Below are positions 53,749 to 61,463 of a stretch of 64,000 nt of DNA, piece after piece. Numbering within the stretch: position 1 is the first letter of the stretch; the number at the start of each line of letters is the position of its first letter. Made by a program: the position numbers and the translations under genes. This DNA is from Escherichia phage vB_EcoM_JN03: the sequence record OR885871, one strand, 5' to 3'. The notes beneath the pieces were generated by a model, which worked only from the letters and a program-made list of their open reading frames with translations, had not been told where the DNA came from and did no database searches.

Positions 53749-54417
53749 ATGAACAACAAGAGCCGTATTATCATCGGGGCTGACCAGGGTAATTTATATT
53801 TTGAAAGATCTGGTGTTGTCGCCCACGCTATCCTTCCCACTGGAATTTCCGTTTATTGTGTGGAACATCCTGACCCTGCAGTTAAACGTCTTTGCTATGT
53901 CTCCCGTGAAAATGGACTAATTGTATTGCCAGAAGGCGCGATTATGCGCGCTCGTTTTTGGCCGATCGATTTTAATTCCATGAGCAATAGGGAGATCGAC
54001 GCCCGTTTCTTCGTACATAATATGAACCGGACTCTGAAAAATGAAACTCAGAGAGTTGTTCATTTCGACAATGAAACTCATGGAGTGACGTTAGAATTCA
54101 GAACTCGTGGTGAAGCTCTTCAGGTGAAGAAATCAAGCTGGAAAACTGAAGGGACGTTCACATATGATTATGCGTTAATCGACAAATTGTGTAATCAGTT
54201 TCGCATTAGCCTGACTGCCAACGACGATTTAGGTCAGTATGTTGTATGGACAGCCCGTTCACCACATATGAACGGTATCATGATGGAGAGTGAAACTCGT
54301 AATCGCGCTGTGCTCCAACTGCTGCTGTTAGACGCGTATTCTCGCAACCCGTTGGAATATCTGTCTCGGGAACAGATTGATAACGCGCTTTCTCATTGTA
54401 ACCGTCTGGAGGTGTAA
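53749..54417 (+). CDS. Hypothetical protein (222 aa)
   Basis: No motif recognised. Confidence 0.45.
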   Translation: MNNKSRIIIGADQGNLYFERSGVVAHAILPTGISVYCVEHPDPAVKRLCYVSRENGLIVLPEGAIMRARFWPIDFNSMSNREIDARFFVHNMNRTLKNETQRVVHFDNETHGVTLEFRTRGEALQVKKSSWKTEGTFTYDYALIDKLCNQFRISLTANDDLGQYVVWTARSPHMNGIMMESETRNRAVLQLLLLDAYSRNPLEYLSREQIDNALSHCNRLEV

Positions 54418-54418
54418 T

Positions 54419-54706
54419 ATGTCCGGCGTATGGTGTGATGTATTGTTGGTAAGATTTTCAAACGGGATGGATAATCAGATCATTTCATTCTTTTATCCTG
54501 TTCCCTTTTCTTCTATGGGTCTGACTGTCAAGCGCGTTCTTGACATAGAAGAAAAACTCAACACGATGCCGTATATGGCGCGACCACACGTGCTGGGTTG
54601 TGAACTGTTAAACGAAATGATGATTGACGAGAATCTTGTTGAAACAATTATCACGCGTGAACAGATGAAAACCATACTGTCTCAGGGAGAACCCCATGTC
54701 GAATAA
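54419..54706 (+). CDS. Hypothetical protein (95 aa)
   Basis: ATG with RBS ggaggtg, directly after the upstream stop. Confidence 0.45.
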   Translation: MSGVWCDVLLVRFSNGMDNQIISFFYPVPFSSMGLTVKRVLDIEEKLNTMPYMARPHVLGCELLNEMMIDENLVETIITREQMKTILSQGEPHVE

Positions 54707-55016
54707 ACCGTTTGAACTTAAATTTCGCGTTTGGCATATTCCCCAGGTTCCTGGGATCGCTTTTCATGTTGAGGTTCCAACATTTGAAGAAGCGCAGCGC
54801 CTGAAGAATACTCTGGCTGATTACGACCTGTTTCAGTATAACAATAACATCAAGCCGGATTATTGTAATGCTTCCGGCGTTCAAATATACCAACATGATC
54901 TGACTGAAGAAGATCTAAATGATATGGGTCTGGATGATCGTTGGGTTGATATCGAAGATATTGACGAACTCAACGATTATTTTGATCATCTGCGTAGCAC
55001 AGGGTGGGAAATATGA
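54696..55016 (+). CDS. Small acidic protein (106 aa)
   Basis: C-terminal half is strongly acidic (EEDLNDMGLDDRWVDIEDIDELNDYFDHL). Confidence 0.45.
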   Translation: MSNKPFELKFRVWHIPQVPGIAFHVEVPTFEEAQRLKNTLADYDLFQYNNNIKPDYCNASGVQIYQHDLTEEDLNDMGLDDRWVDIEDIDELNDYFDHLRSTGWEI

Positions 55017-55222
55017 TCGGGTTAATCCGTTATCTGTTCATATTCGTAATTTCAACATTCATTTTATTTTTCTTTTTCAAATACTTGAAAGAGACTAAAA
55101 TCTACCGAAGTAAACGTTGGCGTAAACGGGTGAGGGTAACTTTCCTGCTGCTGATTTCTTCGGTTACAATAACTGCACTCACATTGGGTGCTTATATTTA
55201 CATTTTTGAAGGAGTACATTGA
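55004..55222 (+). CDS. Small two-TM membrane protein (72 aa)
   Basis: Two hydrophobic helices separated by a basic loop (KRWRKRVR); stop overlaps the start of the SPFH gene. Confidence 0.5.
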   Translation: MGNMIGLIRYLFIFVISTFILFFFFKYLKETKIYRSKRWRKRVRVTFLLLISSVTITALTLGAYIYIFEGVH

Positions 55223-56013
55223 TGTTCAAGAAACTGGTATTTGGCGCAATTATGGTCCTAGCAGCAAGCATTCTTTCGGGCTGCGGCGGTGTTATCGATG
55301 AAGGAAACGTCGGTGTTCGAACCCAATGGGGTGAAGTGGACATGAACCCTGTAACCGCAGGTATCTACACCAGTTTCGTTTCAAGTGTAGATGTCTATAC
55401 GACTAAAGAAGCCGTCGTGAGTCTGACGAAAATGACGCCAAAGGCCAAAGACAACCTGACCTTGGAAGATCTGGATGTGGATGTTTATTACACACCGAAC
55501 GTCGCAAAGGTTCCGTGGTTCCATACCAAATTTGCAGGTCAGAGCGCTGAACTCGGTGACGGCACGATAGCGGTGGGATTCAACCTGGTTAAAACCGCCG
55601 CAGCATCCTCAACGATGGACGCCGTTTCCTCTTTGGATTCTATGACAATTCACACCCAACGGGCTGAGTTAGAAAAGATGATCAAGGAACGCACCCAGCA
55701 GCAATTGGAAACTGCTGCGCCTGGCATGTTCACAATCACACGTGTGTTGGTGAAAAAGGCGCTGACAGATCCTTCGATTGAGCAATCTATCCGTGATAAT
55801 GTCATGGCCGACAAACGTTTGGATACAGCAAGAAAGAACGTTGAAATTCGCGACCAAGAAGCCAGGGCGAATCAGAAACTGACGACATCTCTGACACCTG
55901 AATATTTACAACACGAATATAACATGGTGTTGCAATCTTGCGCCAACAGCGGGAAATGTACTCTGATTGTTGATGGTTCTGGCTCAAGTAAAATGCTAAA
56001 CGTCGGCAAATAA
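55222..56013 (+). CDS. SPFH/band-7 (stomatin/prohibitin-like) domain lipoprotein
   Basis: Lipoprotein signal with lipobox LSGC. VIDEGNVGVRTQWGEV start resembles SPFH domain proteins, followed by a coiled-coil-like region. Confidence 0.55.
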   Translation: MFKKLVFGAIMVLAASILSGCGGVIDEGNVGVRTQWGEVDMNPVTAGIYTSFVSSVDVYTTKEAVVSLTKMTPKAKDNLTLEDLDVDVYYTPNVAKVPWFHTKFAGQSAELGDGTIAVGFNLVKTAAASSTMDAVSSLDSMTIHTQRAELEKMIKERTQQQLETAAPGMFTITRVLVKKALTDPSIEQSIRDNVMADKRLDTARKNVEIRDQEARANQKLTTSLTPEYLQHEYNMVLQSCANSGKCTLIVDGSGSSKMLNVGK

Positions 56014-56096
56014 ACGCTTTATTCAATAGTATTTGTTAGGTAAGCTGTAGTCCTCTTGTAGTGAAACATCGTAAACAACCAACTGGAGTAATCCGA

Positions 56097-56375
56097 ATGA
56101 ACCGTACTGATTTTATCGCCCACATCGCCCAAACCCAGGGTATGACCAAAGGCGAAGCAGAGAAGATCGTGGCATCCTTTATCAACGGCGTGAAAACTGC
56201 AGTCGCAGCTGGCCAATCTGTCCAATTCGTAGGCTTCGGCGCGTTCGAAGTTAAACATCAGGAAGCGCGCACTGGCCGCAACCCGCTGAACGGACAACAG
56301 ATCCAGATCGAAGCGAAAAATGTAGTTAAATTCAAAGTCGGTGAAGGTCTGAAAGCTGCTGCCAACGGCCAGTAA
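56097..56375 (+). CDS. HU/IHF-family histone-like DNA-binding protein
   Basis: MNRTDFIAHIA...VQFVGFGAFEVKHQEARTGRNPLNGQQIQIEAKNV aligns closely with E. coli HU ([35 protein letters not shown]). Confidence 0.85.
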   Translation: MNRTDFIAHIAQTQGMTKGEAEKIVASFINGVKTAVAAGQSVQFVGFGAFEVKHQEARTGRNPLNGQQIQIEAKNVVKFKVGEGLKAAANGQ

Positions 56376-56424
56376 TCACATCCAGAGCGGTCGCGCCTAG
56401 CACAGCGTGTTAGGCTAAAAGAGA

Positions 56425-56453
56425 AAGCCGAGGTTAATGCCTCGGCTTTTTCG
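56425..56453 (+). terminator. Rho-independent terminator (aaagccgaggttaatgcctcggcttt + ttcg)
   Basis: Strong hairpin plus T-run after the HU-like gene. Confidence 0.7.
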
Positions 56454-56500
56454 TTGTTGGGATTCGGGTAAACTATAACAGAATCCAAAGGAGGAACAAC

Positions 56501-58222
56501 GTGACAGCATTTAATCAACACCGAAAGGCGATTGACGCCATAGGCCGTAAGGTTCCTATGGAAGAAATACAACGCCTTGCCAAAGATGAATTCCCATATG
56601 ACAAAGCGAACCCAGGCCAGATGGAATGCATCGTCGAAGCCATAGATGCGCTTATCAACAAAAAGGTTAAACATGTCATCATTGAAGCTCCGACAGGCGT
56701 CGGTAAATCTTTGATTGGCACTACCATTCATAAAGTGATTCGTCATCTGGTTTTACAGGCTGATCCTTATGGGCAATTTCGCACTTCTATCAGCACCCCG
56801 ACCAAAGGTCTGCAAGATCAGTATGCTGCTGAAAAAGCAGTATCGATCGATATCCTGAAAGGCAAGAAGAATTATCGTTGCCACGTACATCCAGATGTGT
56901 ATTACAATGCTGTCCAATGCCGTATAGCATGCCGTGACGGGCATTGTAGCAAACGCCGCTGTCCTTATGTACAGGCGCGTAATTTGTGGACGGATATTTC
57001 ATCATTGCGTTGTACTAATGCTGCCATGATGATCGAAATGTGTACAACAATCTGCATGAAGCCCGAAAACCGTTCCGATATGCTGATCCTTGACGAGTGC
57101 CATAAAATGCCCTCTACGCTCCTAGAGCACACGATCATGGAATACAATACAAAGGCCGTGGAGGGGCTGCGTTCTATCCCTGAGGGCAAGGAGATCGTCT
57201 CTACCATTGGTGATATCGTAGAACGCACCAAGGACTATGTCCTGGGCAAGTTATATTCTTTGTCTGGTGAACTACATTCAATGTTTGAAGACCTCCATCT
57301 CAAAGTAGAAAATTTGTTGGAAGTCCTTGAAGAATTGGTCGAAGATGATCGCTTGAGTGAAAGCCAAGTGATGAAACTCGCAGACATTATAGATGTCTTG
57401 CATAACTTGAGTGATTATTGCGGTATTATGTCACAAACCCAAGCAAGTACATTTATTGTGCAAGAAAAGGGGGAAGATTTTATCCGGTTTAAACCTGTTA
57501 TGCCTTCTGATGTAAGTGAATTCGGGTTATTCCGAAAAGCCGATTATCACGTTCATATGTCAGCAACGATCTGTGGTATAGATTCTTATGCTCGTTCATT
57601 GGGTATTCGACAGGGGGATTATCATTCCATTCAGATCGGCAACCCTATCCCAATTGAAAACAGAAAAGTCAACTATATGCCCATAGTGAAGATGACTAAC
57701 AATATGGGCGACTATGAAATGAAAAGGTTGACGGAATATATTGATGAAATAATCGCGTTCCACCCAGGTCAGTCCGGCATTATCCATACAGTGAGTTATG
57801 ATCGCGCCTTGGCAATACAAAAATTTAGTAAATATCAGAATTTTATCCATGTTCCGCGCACCCGAAAGGCGTTGATGGATATTATGGAAAATGCTTTTAG
57901 AACAAAGTCCCCATGTGTCATTGCCAGTCCGGCTATGGAAGAAGGTTATGATTTCAAAGGGGATTACAGCCGTTTCCAAATACTGATCAAAGTCCCTTAT
58001 GATTATCTGGGTGATCCACTGATAGCACATATCAATTCAGTGGATCCGTCGGCATACTTCCGCAACGCAGTACTGCGCATTGTTCAAATGTGTGGGCGTT
58101 CGGTCAGGGGTGTTGATGACTGGGCTGCGACATACATCATTGATTCATCCTTTGAATCTCTTATGATGCGCAACCCAGAATTCTTCCCAACCTGGTTCAC
58201 CGATGCAGTGTTTGAGGTTTAA
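56501..58222 (+). CDS. DinG/XPD-like (Rad3-family) SF2 helicase with Fe-S cysteine cluster
   Basis: GTG start with RBS aaaggagg. Walker A APTGVGKS, DECH box (ILDECHKM), Cys-rich insert (CHVHPDVYYNAVQCRIACRDGHCSKRRC). Confidence 0.7.
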   Translation: MTAFNQHRKAIDAIGRKVPMEEIQRLAKDEFPYDKANPGQMECIVEAIDALINKKVKHVIIEAPTGVGKSLIGTTIHKVIRHLVLQADPYGQFRTSISTPTKGLQDQYAAEKAVSIDILKGKKNYRCHVHPDVYYNAVQCRIACRDGHCSKRRCPYVQARNLWTDISSLRCTNAAMMIEMCTTICMKPENRSDMLILDECHKMPSTLLEHTIMEYNTKAVEGLRSIPEGKEIVSTIGDIVERTKDYVLGKLYSLSGELHSMFEDLHLKVENLLEVLEELVEDDRLSESQVMKLADIIDVLHNLSDYCGIMSQTQASTFIVQEKGEDFIRFKPVMPSDVSEFGLFRKADYHVHMSATICGIDSYARSLGIRQGDYHSIQIGNPIPIENRKVNYMPIVKMTNNMGDYEMKRLTEYIDEIIAFHPGQSGIIHTVSYDRALAIQKFSKYQNFIHVPRTRKALMDIMENAFRTKSPCVIASPAMEEGYDFKGDYSRFQILIKVPYDYLGDPLIAHINSVDPSAYFRNAVLRIVQMCGRSVRGVDDWAATYIIDSSFESLMMRNPEFFPTWFTDAVFEV

Positions 58223-58986
58223 TAACCCGCAATAAACGATAAATGGCACTTGATATTTGGTTCAAGTGTCGTTATCGTGATAATCATATTGTCCACATCT
58301 TGGCTGAAAGATATATTTGCGATCGGTTTGGTTTGAACATGATTATACAGGCTATAAATCAGATCTTCACCACGATAACCGATTTTGCCATCAGTGTCCT
58401 GCCAATGACCGAGGGTAGACTCTCGAGCGTGTACTCGGAATTCGACCATATGAAACAATGCTTTTGGGATGGTCTTCAGTATGCTGGTCCCAACAACCGG
58501 AATATCAATAGAAGAGTCGTTGGAGTTTCCTTCATAAACAGATTCCCAACCAAATATTGGATCACCTCCTGCCACAGGAGTTCTTTTCCAGTATTGGAAT
58601 TCTGGGTTGCCCGAAGCGTTCTTTTGTAGGAGGATTACTTCACCGCCTTCAAAATTGGAAGTGTCTATATCGTCCCTTGCTAATAAATCTGCCGGAGAAC
58701 CAATAAATTTCCAAGTTTCGCGATCTAAAATAGACTTATAATAATCGGTGAATACGTTGCTGTCGTTAGCTGCATTGATTGCGTCTTTAAGACCTTCACC
58801 TGTGACCATCTCATTAAGTTTTAGCCACATGTTTTTGACAGCTGACGCAGCTGCGACTTGACCTTCAGTCCCACCCGCCGTGTAGTCATAAATGATGTCC
58901 AGCTTTTGTATGGAATCATTTATAGACAAGAGCAAACGCTCAATTTCTGGGGCGGTCAGACTGAAACGATATGCGCGTTCTGACAT
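58219..58986 (-). CDS. Hypothetical protein (255 aa, minus strand)
   Basis: Minus-strand RBS gaggaa; a TATAAGTA-like box lies upstream on the minus strand. No motif recognised. Confidence 0.5.
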   Translation of the reverse strand: MSERAYRFSLTAPEIERLLLSINDSIQKLDIIYDYTAGGTEGQVAAASAVKNMWLKLNEMVTGEGLKDAINAANDSNVFTDYYKSILDRETWKFIGSPADLLARDDIDTSNFEGGEVILLQKNASGNPEFQYWKRTPVAGGDPIFGWESVYEGNSNDSSIDIPVVGTSILKTIPKALFHMVEFRVHARESTLGHWQDTDGKIGYRGEDLIYSLYNHVQTKPIANISFSQDVDNMIITITTLEPNIKCHLSFIAGY

Positions 58987-59028
58987 GATTCGTTCCTCAT
59001 CGATAAAACCAGTTTGGGATACTTATAC

Positions 59029-59556
59029 ATGATTGAAATATACACTGACGGGGCATCGTCCCCTCAGAAGACACGAGCCGCTGGTTGGGCATTTGCCATC
59101 AGTCCAATCACTGGAGAGCAATGGAAAGTGTTTTATGGGTATTTACCCCCGCCGTCAACGAACAATATAGCTGAGTTACTCGGGGTTATAAACGCAATGA
59201 AGATCCTATGGAAATTCTCTAATTGCGGTGAACGCTGCATTCCCCCAGCCCGCATCATATCCGACAGCCAATATGTTATCAATAGCGTTTTGGAGTGGCG
59301 TCGTAAATGGGAATATGAAGGAATGCCGCCTAAGAACACAGAACTTCTGCTCGAGTTGTTCGATTATTATGACAAAGTTTGTTCAATTTGTGAACTTGAA
59401 TTAAAATGGGTGAAAGGTCATGCAGGAACGATGGGCAACGAAATTGCGGATCAGTGGAGCGTTAGAGCCAAAGAAGATAGTTCAATGGTTCTTGAAAATA
59501 ACCGTTTCTCGGTCAAGAAAGTCGTTGGTTCTTTCAATGAATTCATTGGTATTTGA
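59029..59556 (+). CDS. RNase HI-type ribonuclease H
   Basis: IYTDGAS, GWAF, NNIAELLGVINAM and KGHAGTMGNEIADQ are the canonical RNase HI catalytic blocks. Confidence 0.85.
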   Translation: MIEIYTDGASSPQKTRAAGWAFAISPITGEQWKVFYGYLPPPSTNNIAELLGVINAMKILWKFSNCGERCIPPARIISDSQYVINSVLEWRRKWEYEGMPPKNTELLLELFDYYDKVCSICELELKWVKGHAGTMGNEIADQWSVRAKEDSSMVLENNRFSVKKVVGSFNEFIGI

Positions 59557-59567
59557 GGATTATCACG

Positions 59568-60359
59568 ATGGGTATGAATTTTGTAGACAGGGGTGATAAC
59601 GTCACCAAATATTTCACAGACGAAGATAATGACCGTGTTGTTGGAATATTGAGAGATTGGATTCCGGCTCGCAAAAAGGCTTTGGCCGAAGGAACACCCC
59701 TACCAAGAATCCCCAATTATGTGGCCATGAATGTTCAGATGATTATTAAGAACATGAGTATGCGCTACAACTATCGTGATTATCCATACCGCGAAGACAT
59801 GGTCAGTGAGGCCGTTGTCAACATCCTTCGTTACCTCCATACATTTGACGTCAGTCATATCGGCAAGAAAGGAAAAATCAATTTCTTCTCTTGGGTAACG
59901 ATGTGCGCCGACCGTTCATTCGCCAAGAAACTCACCAGTGAAGAAGAACACAATTATATCAAGTTGCGTTCATTTGAAGAAGCAGGTGGTTTCGCTGCAT
60001 TATCAGATGACCCAGACTTCCAGCAACAGACATTCGTAGACAGCACTGGTATAACAATGGACTTCCGTGAGCGTATCGGAAATTTTGAAACTAAGAAAGA
60101 AGCCCAGCGCGAAAAGGAACGCCAAAAGCAAATCGCCATCAAAGAAGAGGAAAAGAATAAGAAAATTCCTCGCGGTATACTTCAATGTCTCACAAAGAGT
60201 GAAAATACCATTACCGCCGACGCCGAAGATAATTCAGACTATGACTTCGGCTCTACTCAATTCAATCTGGAAGACGAAATATGTTCTATGGAACCAGATT
60301 GGGAAGAAGCAAAGAAACGAGCATTAGAACGGGAGCAACAAAATAATGGCGATTGCTAA
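59568..60359 (+). CDS. gp55: Late sigma factor gp55 homolog
   Basis: NYRDYPYREDMVSEAVVNILRYLHTFD resembles T4 gp55 [29 protein letters not shown]. Start at the ATG with RBS gagga. Has an acidic/basic C-terminal extension. Confidence 0.65.
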   Translation: MGMNFVDRGDNVTKYFTDEDNDRVVGILRDWIPARKKALAEGTPLPRIPNYVAMNVQMIIKNMSMRYNYRDYPYREDMVSEAVVNILRYLHTFDVSHIGKKGKINFFSWVTMCADRSFAKKLTSEEEHNYIKLRSFEEAGGFAALSDDPDFQQQTFVDSTGITMDFRERIGNFETKKEAQREKERQKQIAIKEEEKNKKIPRGILQCLTKSENTITADAEDNSDYDFGSTQFNLEDEICSMEPDWEEAKKRALEREQQNNGDC

Positions 60360-61461
60360 AATTGGCGATTTACATATCGGGAGCCGTAATGGTTCCCGTT
60401 ACGTTCGAGAATTCATAAAGAATTATCTCATCAATTATTTTATTCCAGAATTGGTTGACGCCGATATTAAAGAAGTGTGGCAATTTGGTGATACGTTTGA
60501 TGTTCGCAAATTCATGTATGGTCGTGATAAAGATTGGTTGAAAGATGAATTGACGCCAGCGCTGCGCAAAGCAGGTATTAAATGGAATGGCATCGTAGGC
60601 AACCATGATATCACGTTAGAAGAGTCCAATCGCATTAACTGGCCTTCTTATCTTAATGAATTGGCACCAGATGTTTATCATTATTACAGTGAACCAACTG
60701 AAGTAATGATTGAAGGTGTCAAGACCCTCCTACTGCCGTGGATTAACAAAGAGAACTATGATGCGTCCATTAAAGCGATACAAGATACAGACGCCAAGTA
60801 CTGTTTTGCGCATCTGGAGTTGGCAGGGTTCAAAATGTACCAGTCCTCTGTATGTGATAAAGGTCAGATCGACTTGGCGCTCCTTTCGAAATTCGAGCGC
60901 GTGGATACCGGACATTTCCATACCCGTTCGATGGAAGGTAACATTCAGTATATTGGGACTCCTTATCATCTTACCTGGGAAGACCACAAAGACGGGACGA
61001 ACCGAGGATTCTATGTAGACGACATGAATGGCGGGGAATTGTTTATCCCCAACAACGAACAACAAACGTTGTTCCGGTTCGTGGAATACGACTACACACA
61101 AATGTCTTCTGATACTGAAGGTAATTGGATCGACCCCGATTGGTTAAACAATGTTTTGGGCATTGAAGGGCAAATCGTTAAGGTGATTGTACAGAACCGT
61201 GACAATGCCAAGCATTATGAAAAGTTCTGTGACGCATTGAAGCGCTGTAAATGCATCGATTACAACTTCATCGATCGGACGATTACTGTTGCTTCCGAGA
61301 AGGTAGAAGTCACTGAAGAGATGGTGGCCACTGATGCTGTGGAAGTCCTGAAGAAAGATATCCGCGCCGCCAATAATATCCAGCGCCCTGAAAATGTTTG
61401 CAAATTAGCAGAACAATTCTATAATGCTGCCCAACAACGCCTGAACACATTGGATGCATAA
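60346..61461 (+). CDS. gp47: Recombination nuclease subunit gp47 (Mre11/SbcD-like)
   Basis: Phosphoesterase motifs GDLHIG, GNHD and a downstream GHFH motif; N-terminus aligns with T4 gp47 MKILNLGDWHLG. Confidence 0.85.
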   Translation: MAIAKIGDLHIGSRNGSRYVREFIKNYLINYFIPELVDADIKEVWQFGDTFDVRKFMYGRDKDWLKDELTPALRKAGIKWNGIVGNHDITLEESNRINWPSYLNELAPDVYHYYSEPTEVMIEGVKTLLLPWINKENYDASIKAIQDTDAKYCFAHLELAGFKMYQSSVCDKGQIDLALLSKFERVDTGHFHTRSMEGNIQYIGTPYHLTWEDHKDGTNRGFYVDDMNGGELFIPNNEQQTLFRFVEYDYTQMSSDTEGNWIDPDWLNNVLGIEGQIVKVIVQNRDNAKHYEKFCDALKRCKCIDYNFIDRTITVASEKVEVTEEMVATDAVEVLKKDIRAANNIQRPENVCKLAEQFYNAAQQRLNTLDA

Positions 61462-61463
61462 TA

